A DNA stretch of 64,000 nucleotides, from the NCBI GenBank assembly GCA_963719315.1, contig CAVRBU010000010.1:42217-106216 (forward strand), read 5' to 3'. A program made the position numbers and the translations under genes. The notes under the pieces were generated by a model. That model was not told the origin of the DNA. It saw nothing but the letters and a program-made list of their open reading frames with translations, and made no database searches. Within the stretch, counting starts at the first letter, position 1. Every line of letters begins with the position of its first letter. This DNA is from an uncultured Planctomycetota bacterium (GTDB lineage Bacteria; Planctomycetota; Planctomycetia; Pirellulales; Lacipirellulaceae). Below are positions 1 through 8,355 of this stretch, piece after piece.

Positions 1-2
1 CA

Positions 3-1007
3 TTCGTTAGCGAATCCGGCCCTACCTACGCCTCGGGGCCGCAATCAAATGGAAAACGTCTTGTCGAATTCAATTTGAGCGCTGACGGTACCATGGTTCT
101 CGCCGGGCCGGACGCTTTAGTGCAGTACGTCGGTACTGGCCATAGTTCCGTCGTGGGACTTGCCGCTGGGCCTGATGGCCTTTACTTTACCGAACTCTAT
201 GAAGATTCGGGAGCCAATGGGGCAACCGCGAGCGGCGCCCGTATCTATCGCGTGCGGTACGTGAACCCTCTGCAAGGCGACTACAATATCGACGGCGTAG
301 TTGACGACGAAGACTACGCTGCGTGGAGGAGCACTTTCGGTTCCAATTTGCTTCTTGCTGCCGACGGGAATGGCAATGGTGTGGTGGACGCAGGCGATTA
401 TGTCGTTTGGCGCTCGAATGTCGGGAACACTCTAGGTAGTGGGGCGACAGCGTCTTCCGCCTCACTGTCTCAAGATGATTCGATCCCCGCTTCAACGCCG
501 GAATCCAATCGTGCGGAGTTCCTGCCTGGGCCACGTACGGCTGATCCTGCAGCCGCTATTTCATCAGAAACCAATTCATCCGCGGCGAATGTCCTTTCAA
601 CAACCGAGGTCACCGCGAATCGCCAGCTAGTCGCCAGCGTAGATATTGCCCACCAAAGTTCTCCTGTTGAGACAACTAACTTCCCTGTTGATACTGTTCC
701 ATTTGATTCTCTCTGGCACTCTATACACACTCGGTCGCCAGCAGTTACAAAAGAACGCACCTGGGCGACGGACCAGGCTTTCCAACGCTGGTTCACGCCT
801 GATGCCGACAATCTATTCGCAGTTTGGCCGCGCCAGGCAGATCCGATTGTGCCCGCGATCGATGGGTTGCTGTTACTACGATCGAAAAAACCAGACGTGG
901 CTTCCGATCACAGTACGTTCGATTCAGTTTTCGATCACCTTGCAGACAAGACTGTCGGAACCACTCGGTTCCGCGATCTAATTGCAGAGCACAGCACTCG
1001 ACGGTAG
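3..1007 (+). CDS. 5'-partial secreted protein: likely sugar (glucose/sorbosone-type) dehydrogenase C-terminus plus dockerin-like repeat
   Basis: Frame open from base 3; VGLAAGPDGLYFTELY...RIYRV propeller-end motif; GDYNIDGVVD and ADGNGNGVVDAGDY repeats. Confidence 0.6.
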   Translation, partial: FVSESGPTYASGPQSNGKRLVEFNLSADGTMVLAGPDALVQYVGTGHSSVVGLAAGPDGLYFTELYEDSGANGATASGARIYRVRYVNPLQGDYNIDGVVDDEDYAAWRSTFGSNLLLAADGNGNGVVDAGDYVVWRSNVGNTLGSGATASSASLSQDDSIPASTPESNRAEFLPGPRTADPAAAISSETNSSAANVLSTTEVTANRQLVASVDIAHQSSPVETTNFPVDTVPFDSLWHSIHTRSPAVTKERTWATDQAFQRWFTPDADNLFAVWPRQADPIVPAIDGLLLLRSKKPDVASDHSTFDSVFDHLADKTVGTTRFRDLIAEHSTRR

Positions 1008-1095
1008 CAACGAGTCGTAACGCGACCGAAAATCGCGATCAACGGTGAACACGCATAAAAGTGCAACTTGTTATGTTCCTGGCAGTCCCTCTTAG

Positions 1096-1197
1096 CTCCC
1101 CGTAAGGAACCCTCTTCGTAACAATACTCTCTTTTGCGAAACTCAGAAGTTGTTTCCTGGCAAGAAGTTGCCGAGTTCGAGACCCTTTCGGTCGGCA
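1096..1197. repeat. Diverged copy of hairpin leader (P-type CTCCCCGTA end)
   Basis: CTCCCCGTAAGG...GAGTTCGAGACCCTTTCGG; same architecture as 11543 and 47235. Confidence 0.6.
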
Positions 1198-1438
1198 TCG
1201 GAACAAACGCAACCGGTTGCGAAATGGCGACTGGCGGGTTAACGCAAAATGTCGAGCGACTGTCAACCTGCGGACATTTTGTTAGCGGTTCAAAGAATCG
1301 CCCGGCCGGTTAACAGCCGCTCGAGCGCCGATCACTTCTCATTCCATGTATCTTGCCAGATCGTCACGGCCTGCCAGAACGAGCCTCACTGGATTCAGAA
1401 ATGATCGACATCCCTCCGTCCACGGCCGGCACCTTCGG

Positions 1439-2794
1439 TGTACAAAAAGATTGCCACTTCTCGATTCTGCACGGCAATTCCCGGATAATACCATCGTGAG
1501 CCAACTTTTCCAGCCACTACTATTCCTGCTCGCCCGTTCGACCACCGACGATCTTCAGAAGCAGGTCGAGTTCCTCAAAGCCGAGAACGAAATGCTCCGC
1601 AAGCGGGTGCCCAAGAAGCATATCTTTCTCGAGCCAGCGGAGCGAGACAAGTTATTGAAACTGGGCAAGGAACTCGGCCCCGGCATTCGCCAGCTCATCA
1701 CCATCGTCAGTTACTCCACATTCCGTCGTTGGGTCCGTAAAGACGAAGGTAAGGCCGGACCGACTCGAAAAGGCCGGCCACGCGTGGCATCGATCGTCCG
1801 TGAACTGGTGGTCTTGATCGCGACAGAGACGGGTTGGGGCTACACCCGCATTCTCGGCGAACTAAAGAAGTTGCGCGTCGGTCCGGTCAGCCGCCAGTCC
1901 GTGAAGAACATTCTCATCGAACATGGTCTCGATCCCGGTCCCAAGCGGGGCAAAGGAACCTGGAGCGACTTCCTACGAATTCATGCCGAAACGCTCTGGC
2001 AGTGTGACTTTTTCAGCAAGCGCATCTGGACGCTCCAAGGACCACGGCAGATCTTTGCGATGGCCTTCATCCACTTGGCCACGCGACGGGTGTTCGTCAC
2101 GCCGGGCACGTTCCAGCCGGATGCCGTCTGGATGGACCAACAAGCCCGCGCTTTCTCGACCACGCTGCCGGAGAGCACCTTCCTTGCGAGATCGTCACAC
2201 GTGACTATGACGGAAAGTTCTTTAAGGCGTTCGACCAGGTCTTTAAGGACCGGTCCATCCAGGTAAAGCTGGTCGGTCCGCAAGCGCCGAATTTGAACGC
2301 CTTCATCGAGCGCTGGATTCAGAGTTTGCAGGTCGAGGCCCTCAACCACTTCATTGTCTTTGGCCGGGAGCATTTCGACTTCATCGTGTCGGAATACGTG
2401 GCTTATTATCAGGAACTTCGGCCCCATCAGGGTATCGGCAACGTGCTCCTGCCGAGAAGAAACGCGGAACCGGTCGAAGCTGCTGGCTACGCCGAAGAAT
2501 CAGCGACGCCACTACTCGTGCTCGCCGGCATCACGTGCGAGCGTCGCCTCGGCGGCCTGCTTAAACACTTCTACCGCACCGCCGCCTAGTCGGCGACGTT
2601 CAAGTCCTTGGTTCAATTGTCAAACAATAGTCGGCGCCGATGAACCGCGCCAGGGTCGTGATCGCAGCCCACCTTCCGCTCGTGCCCTTGTTCGTCAGCC
2701 AAATTGTCGTCTGTTCTGTTGGCAATCGGGTTGCTTCAACCTCGTTGTTTCTCCGTTCCCGTCAACGGTTTGTGATTCGCATTCTATTTGTACT
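1439..2794 (+). mobile_element. IS481-like/integrase-core DDE insertion sequence, copy 1
   Basis: Left IR TGTACAAAAAGATTG (1439-1453), imperfect right IR CATTCTATTTGTACT (2780-2794) around a transposase. Confidence 0.65.
1496..2589 (+). CDS. Integrase-core (rve, DDE) transposase, one frameshift near 2155
   Basis: WGYTRILGEL, LWQCDFF, NAFIERWI, RPHQGIGN, RLGGLLKHF motifs split over ORFs 1346..2266 and 2293..2589; paralog of 11922..12968. Confidence 0.85.
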
Positions 2795-2913
2795 GGACGG
2801 CCTCCGGGCAACTCAAGCCCGTCATGAATAAAGTGCGATCAGAAGCATCAAACCCCGCCAAGAAATCTCGGCGGATTTGCCAAATCCGACCGAATGGCGG
2901 GCATATCGCAGTC

Positions 2914-3465
2914 TTAGCTCAGGTCACGGCGGAGCCAACTACGAGCGTAAGTCCAATTGCGTTCAGCAGTTCGCAGCGGCATACCCAGTGCTTCGGCCGC
3001 CTGGGGCATCGTCATGCCGGCGAAGTAGCGGAGCTTAACGAGCGAGGCCGCAGTGGCGTCCTGGCTTTCCAGTCGACGGAGCGACTCGTCCAGTTCCAAC
3101 AATTCCTCCGACGGAGTAGCGATCTCGACTTGCGCCAAGTCGATCGGGACACGACGCTGGTCGCCGCCGCGGCAGACTTGTTGTTTGCGGCGGGCACTTT
3201 CGATCAAGATCCGCCGCATCGCCTCCGCAGCTGCCATAAAAAAGTGCCTCCGGCTGTTCCAATCTTGAACCTTCTCGGTGTCAACCAGTCGGAGATAGGC
3301 CTCATGCACTAAGGCGGTGGCTTGCAACGTCTGACCCGGATGCTCGTTCGCGAGTTTGGCAGCCGCGAGTTTACGGAGTTCGTCGTAGACCAGTGGCAGT
3401 AGCCGTTCGGCAGCAGCGGGATCACCGTGCTCGATCTCGGACAAGATTTGCGTTACGTCGGCCAT
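2914..3465 (-). CDS. Planctomycete-type ECF sigma factor
   Basis: DVTQIL...LLPLVYDELRKLAA...TLQATALVHEAYLRL...VKLRYFAG signature. Confidence 0.9.
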   Translation of the reverse strand: MADVTQILSEIEHGDPAAAERLLPLVYDELRKLAAAKLANEHPGQTLQATALVHEAYLRLVDTEKVQDWNSRRHFFMAAAEAMRRILIESARRKQQVCRGGDQRRVPIDLAQVEIATPSEELLELDESLRRLESQDATAASLVKLRYFAGMTMPQAAEALGMPLRTAERNWTYARSWLRRDLS

Positions 3466-3577
3466 AAAAAGTGGCCATGGTTCATTTGACCAAACCGCCT
3501 GATTGTAGCAGTTCCATCAGGGAAAAGCGCCGACGCCTTCCCGTTGACCGCGCCTTAGGCCAAGAGCCGGCCGACTG

Positions 3578-3692
3578 CATGTCGAAATACGTTGGGTTGA
3601 TGATGCAGTTGCGGCGGTTCCACGCCAGAACCGTGTCAAAACCTCCGAGCAGACGTTTTCCGGAACGGGAATCCATGTTCCGAAAAACGGGT
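3578..3692 (-). repeat. Non-coding repeat family member (inverted relative to the 36.8-39.6 kb copies, internally deleted)
   Basis: CAGAACCGTGTCAAAACCTCCGAGCAGACGTTTT matches the reverse complement of about 39473-39506. Confidence 0.65.
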
Positions 3693-4429
3693 TCCGGATT
3701 GCTTGCGGCACGCCGGCGACTACCCGCCGGGTGGGAGTTACACGAGGGTCATTAAACGACGCAATTCGAATAAGGTACTGCCTCGATCAAAACCCCGCCG
3801 GGAGTTGTCGGGCCGTGGAAGTGCCGGCGGTTGGACAAACCGCTGTAGCTTAGTGTTTCGTCCAACTACTGGCGGTGAAGGAGACCTCTGTTGCTACGCC
3901 ATCACATCGACGACAAAACGGTCGTGGCCATCGACGCTCAGAACTGACTAAACCCTCGCGACCCATGAGGACGTGTACTGCGTCGGCGAGCTTTGACAAC
4001 CCGCGGCCGCTGGCGCACTGACCGGCGGAGTTAGTGGCCAATGTTTTCCGCGAGCGCACAAGCGGGGTGCATTAGGTGCACGCAACCACGCACTGGCGAG
4101 TGGGGTGGATCAAATCCTCGTCGCATTAGGGTCCCATACGCGCAAGACAGATTTGCTGCATGCCAACGCCGAGACCAATCTCCGATGGAACTTGCTCGAG
4201 CAGGGATGGGGGGCGATACGCGACAATTCCGCTGTGCGCTCGCGTCTTATTCCTTGCAATCGCCACTTTGTGCAGCAATAATCGTTGGCAGAACAGGGTG
4301 GCTCTGACGCTTCCTCGTCGTGGAACGGGAATGGGAGTTTGATCATTCCGCTGGGGTGTGTGCCCAAAGCCTGCTGGGTTAAGGCCACAACGACTAACCT
4401 CAGCATCGCCTCTAACTGGGAATCTGGTC

Positions 4430-5158
4430 ATGACTCGTTCACAGCCGATAATAATTGCAGGTCTCGCTGTCGTCGTCGCTCTCGCCTCAGAAGCACGAGC
4501 GGGGAATAAGTTGTTCGTCGGCGGCTTGTCCTGGAATACTGATGATGATTTCGCTTTCGTCGATACGTCCACCGATCCCGCCAGAGTAGTGCAGGATCTC
4601 AGTATCTCGTTGACTGATGCTCGTGCGGGAACTCTGCTAAATCCGGGCAGCACTTTGCCTACGAGTTCAGTGCTGGGCATCATCAACCTTGGACCGGATG
4701 ACCTAGGGGATGCAGGTTTCTTCGACGTATTTTACGCTGGCCTCCCAGGCGACTTTCCCACTAGTAGTACCTTTGAGGTGTTTCTTGACATCGTCAATCC
4801 AATCACCGGTGAACCCGTCGCCACAAATCAGGGAACGGTCAAGAAAATGAGCAGAGGATTTGGCTTCGTAGCATTTGCAGAAGAGGCCGGCGGAGCAGAA
4901 TACCTTTATTCGATTTCAGGCGAGATCAATCCGGCGCAGCCGGGACTGTCGTTCAGCGAGTTGCTCACCAGAAGGGGAGAGCCGGTCGGATTGAACTTCG
5001 ACGGCATTGTCATTCTGCCGGAGTTGCAATTTGACGGGACCGGAGTGATTGACCCTGCACTGCCTTTATTTAGGATCACGATAGCCAACATCCCCGAACC
5101 CACGACCTCCGCACTCGCGCTGGCCGCACTCTGTTTGGTGATGAGGCGGCATCGCTAA
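4430..5158 (+). CDS. PEP-CTERM surface protein with RNP2/RNP1-like motifs
   Basis: Signal peptide, C-terminal IPEPTT + TM + RRHR; KLFVGGLSWNT and SRGFGFVAF. Confidence 0.85.
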   Translation: MTRSQPIIIAGLAVVVALASEARAGNKLFVGGLSWNTDDDFAFVDTSTDPARVVQDLSISLTDARAGTLLNPGSTLPTSSVLGIINLGPDDLGDAGFFDVFYAGLPGDFPTSSTFEVFLDIVNPITGEPVATNQGTVKKMSRGFGFVAFAEEAGGAEYLYSISGEINPAQPGLSFSELLTRRGEPVGLNFDGIVILPELQFDGTGVIDPALPLFRITIANIPEPTTSALALAALCLVMRRHR

Positions 5159-5303
5159 AGTGGGGCGGTCGCATTGTCTCGTTCAGCTTGGGATTTCCCG
5201 AAATGCCAGCGGATGGACAAGCCGCCGCGGCTCAGCGTTTCGACTACCTGCGGGCGGTGAGGCAGACCGCCGCAGCTGCGCCATCATATAGATGACATGA
5301 CGC

Positions 5304-5346
5304 CTCCTCGAACAGGACTCGAACTGAAACAGAGACGCCTACAGCG
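5304..5346. repeat. Short T-type att-like end (tRNA 3'-like) plus terL stop remnant
   Basis: CTCCTCGAACAGGACTCGAACTGAAACAGAGACGCCTACAGCG matches 23084-23126. Confidence 0.8.
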
Positions 5347-5376
5347 GTCGAGTAGCGATTGTCGCGTAACTTTCAA

Positions 5377-7143
5377 TCATCCGCGGAAGTAAACGTAAGC
5401 TGCGACGATCGCGACCAAGACCACGCAGGATGCGATCACATCGATCGCCGACCAACTGCTCCGCGACTCTCGCCGTTGCTCCTCGGTGAGCGTGCCGTAC
5501 GTTAAACCGCGAATGCGCTCCTCCGATGGGGCACGCGTGGCGTAGCTCGCCAGCACCATCACCGCAGTCGAGACCAGAAAAATCAGCAGGCTGAAATACT
5601 GGAAGTACATGTTGTTGATAATGTAATTCAGGCTGCCGGGTGCGTATCCGTCTTGATAGCCTTCCCATTGAAGGCTCACCGGCGTGTCGACCGCCAATCG
5701 CCACAGGCCCAGACCAAAACCCACCAGCAACGCGGCCAGACACCCGGCCGCGTTAAGCCGCTTGAAGAAAACGCCGCCGAAAAACACGACGAAGATCGGC
5801 GGAGCCAGATAACTTTGCACGCCCTGCAGATAGCCGTAAAGGCTCCTCGCCTCGCTGATGACCGGCACCCATACGAGCCCCAGCAAAACCATGATGCTGG
5901 TTGCCACTCGGCCGATCCAAACAAGCTGACCCTGCGAGGCGTTCGGATGAACCTTTTGATACAGGTCGATCGTGAACAACGTCGACGACGCGTTAAACAC
6001 GCCGGCCAGCGAACTCATCAGCGCGGAGAGCAACCCGGCCACGACGATACCCCGCACTCCCATCGGCAAAACGGTTCGCACGAGCAGCGGAAATGCGGCC
6101 TGCGCCCGATCGCGAACGACCTCGCCGTTGGCGTCCATCATCGCCTCCAAGCCCTCGACTTTGCCGGTCTTGGCCAGCGCAAAGCAGATGATGCCGGGAA
6201 TAATAAAGATGAACACGGGCAGCAATTTGAGAAACGCGGCGCAGATGCTGCCCCGCCGGGCGTCGGTTTCGCTTCGGGCGCCCAGCGCCCGCTGCACGAT
6301 GTACTGATCCGTACACCAGTACCACAGCCCGATAATCGGCGCGCAAAACAGCATACCGACCCAGGGATAATTCCCGTTGTCGAAATACCATGCGGCCCGG
6401 CCCGCTTCGCGCACCGGTTCCCAAGTCGCCTCCACGCCCTCGGGCATAATCGGCTGCCACAGATTGAACATTCCCGAACCGGCCACGGCCCGCAATTCCT
6501 GCCAGCCGCCGAGCGCCTCCAGGCCATACCATGTCACCAACACCGACCCAAGAATCAGGATGAACGTTTGCACCGCCTCGGTATAAGCCACCGCTCGAAA
6601 TCCGCCCAGCACCGTATACACACCGGTGAGCAAGATCACGAGGATCGAGCCGAACCAGAAGCTGTCGACGTTCACGCCGCCAACCGTAAACCCGACATCA
6701 GGCAGCAACGTGCGAAATACGATTCCGCCCGCAAAAATGCCCACCGCAATCTTCGTCAGCACGTAGGCCACCAGCGAAATCACCGACAGCATCAGCCGCG
6801 ACGACACTGAAAACCTCTTCTCCAAAAACTCGGGCATCGTGAACACTTGCGACCGCATGTAGAACGGCACAAACACCCAGCCCAGCACCAAGAGGCACCA
6901 GGCGTGCAGCTCGTAATGCGCGAAGATCACACCGTCGGTAGCGCCGGTGCCGGCCAGCCCAACCAGGTGCTCCGACCCGATGTTCGAAGCGAAGATCGAC
7001 GCCCCGACTATCCACCACGCCAGGTGCCGCCCGGCAAGAAAGTAATCGTCAGCCGTGTTCTTGTTTTGCAGGATGACCCACCAAGCCAATCCGAGCAGCA
7101 AAACAAAATACCCGCCGATCACCGCCCAATCGATCCAGTGCAT
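5377..7143 (-). CDS. Sodium:solute symporter (SSS/SLC5 family, sugar type)
   Basis: DYFLAGR, SIFASNIGSEHLVGLAG, WYWCTDQYIVQR, LMSSL motifs; many TM segments. Confidence 0.92.
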   Translation of the reverse strand: MHWIDWAVIGGYFVLLLGLAWWVILQNKNTADDYFLAGRHLAWWIVGASIFASNIGSEHLVGLAGTGATDGVIFAHYELHAWCLLVLGWVFVPFYMRSQVFTMPEFLEKRFSVSSRLMLSVISLVAYVLTKIAVGIFAGGIVFRTLLPDVGFTVGGVNVDSFWFGSILVILLTGVYTVLGGFRAVAYTEAVQTFILILGSVLVTWYGLEALGGWQELRAVAGSGMFNLWQPIMPEGVEATWEPVREAGRAAWYFDNGNYPWVGMLFCAPIIGLWYWCTDQYIVQRALGARSETDARRGSICAAFLKLLPVFIFIIPGIICFALAKTGKVEGLEAMMDANGEVVRDRAQAAFPLLVRTVLPMGVRGIVVAGLLSALMSSLAGVFNASSTLFTIDLYQKVHPNASQGQLVWIGRVATSIMVLLGLVWVPVISEARSLYGYLQGVQSYLAPPIFVVFFGGVFFKRLNAAGCLAALLVGFGLGLWRLAVDTPVSLQWEGYQDGYAPGSLNYIINNMYFQYFSLLIFLVSTAVMVLASYATRAPSEERIRGLTYGTLTEEQRRESRSSWSAIDVIASCVVLVAIVAAYVYFRG

Positions 7144-7261
7144 CGCACCCAAATGTTCGCCCGCTAGGAGAAGTCGTTTCGTGGAAAAGATGCCGGCCAA
7201 TCTAGAATCAATCGTTCGCAGTCTAACCAGCCGTCGAGCGAATCACAACAGGCCAATGCAC

Positions 7262-7452
7262 CTCCCCAAACAGGACTCAAATTGAAACAGAGCCATCTAC
7301 AGCGCCAAATTCCCCGGCGTCTCATAGACACTCCGCGTATTCTCCGTCCTGGCCGCCAGATCTAGCCCCATCTCGAGCGCCAGGATCCCATCAATCCACT
7401 CGCAGCTCTTCTTCTTGGACGGCTTCCAGTTGTCGGCCGCATCCTGTTTGAT
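7262..7452 (-). repeat. Orphan terL 3' tail plus T-type att-like end; direct repeat of 23084-23274
   Basis: 191 bp, no indels, about 16 mismatches by hand count; encodes QDAADNWKPSKKKSCE...PGNLAL*. Confidence 0.92.
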
Positions 7453-7470
7453 TAAGCCGTACGTCCAGAG

Positions 7471-8109
7471 TTACAGCATGGCGAAGAGTTGCCCAAGAGG
7501 TGTGGAGTTATCAACTCGGGCATGTAAATATCGCGAGGTAATGCTGACATTGCCGTGTCCCACCGCATCGCGAACCTCCGCCAGGGTCCGACCTCCAGCC
7601 AGCGCATGGCTAATAAAGGTATGCCGGCCGTGATGGATGGTCAGCGATTCGAGCCTTTCGGAACCAAGCACCTTGCAGGCCGTGCGGAATCGCTTCCGCA
7701 GCGTATGCCGGGAGAGTTGTTTTGCCTCTCGGCCTGGCTGGAGCGACGCCACGAAGGGTTGCGTCGGCCCGGCGCCGCTTTCGATCCTGAACGCCCGCCA
7801 CGCCGCCAGGTCGGCCAGCGTCCCCGCGTCCCACCACAACGGCACCGTCCGCGACCGGCCACCCTTGGCTGCTCCGACGCGGATTCGCAAGTGCGGCCTG
7901 GGCAACTCCGTCCGCACGTCGCCAACCTGGAGCATCGCAATTTCACTGGCCCGCAGGCCGCAACAGGTGGCCAGACGGAAGATCACAAGATTCAGGCGAG
8001 TATTTTTGGACCGCGGCGCCTTACGCCGTAAGTCGGCCAACACGGCGGCCAGTTCGCTCCGGGTGAGAAGCTTGGTCGGATCGGCCAGTCGGGAACTGTG
8101 CGTTTTCAT
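7471..8109 (-). CDS. Tyrosine recombinase/integrase, catalytic domain only (about 212 aa)
   Basis: GLRASE (R), AKGG (K), HHGRH (HxxR), VGH, TSRYLH (Y). Confidence 0.9.
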   Translation of the reverse strand: MKTHSSRLADPTKLLTRSELAAVLADLRRKAPRSKNTRLNLVIFRLATCCGLRASEIAMLQVGDVRTELPRPHLRIRVGAAKGGRSRTVPLWWDAGTLADLAAWRAFRIESGAGPTQPFVASLQPGREAKQLSRHTLRKRFRTACKVLGSERLESLTIHHGRHTFISHALAGGRTLAEVRDAVGHGNVSITSRYLHARVDNSTPLGQLFAML

Positions 8110-8355
8110 CTTCGTCGCCTTTCTTGGGTGGGTTTCACTTAGCACGGCCAATGCCTGGCCGTAGTCACCAGTCAGTACCTCGACGTCAAACCCAAGGGAA
8201 GCGGGCTCGGACCCCTTTCGCCCATGTTGGGTCCGAACTTGCGCGGTGAGAGTTAGGCGGGCCGAAACGATGCTGCGTAAAGCACGCCGTGGTTCGTCGC
8301 TAAAACCCCGGCGGCCGGTTTTCAGCCGGAACTTCCTTTGCGCGGCGGGAAACGG

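Noticed and set aside
2140..2170. Programmed frameshift in transposase copy 1
   Set aside because: Paralog 11922..12968 is a single ORF, no clear slippery site, and indels are common throughout the window
5653..6810. Long antisense ORFs (also 8536..9318, 26612..27694, 29534..30454, 45129..46187)
   Set aside because: Shadows of well-supported genes on the other strand in GC-rich DNA
7505..7530. dif/Xer-like site GAGTTATCAACTCGGGCATGTAAAT repeated at the window end
   Set aside because: Both copies are in-frame integrase coding sequence (LHARVDNS) and the match to dif consensus is poor
7471..8109. Integron integrase with attC cassettes
   Set aside because: Too short, lacks the IntI-specific insertion, and no attC array is adjacent
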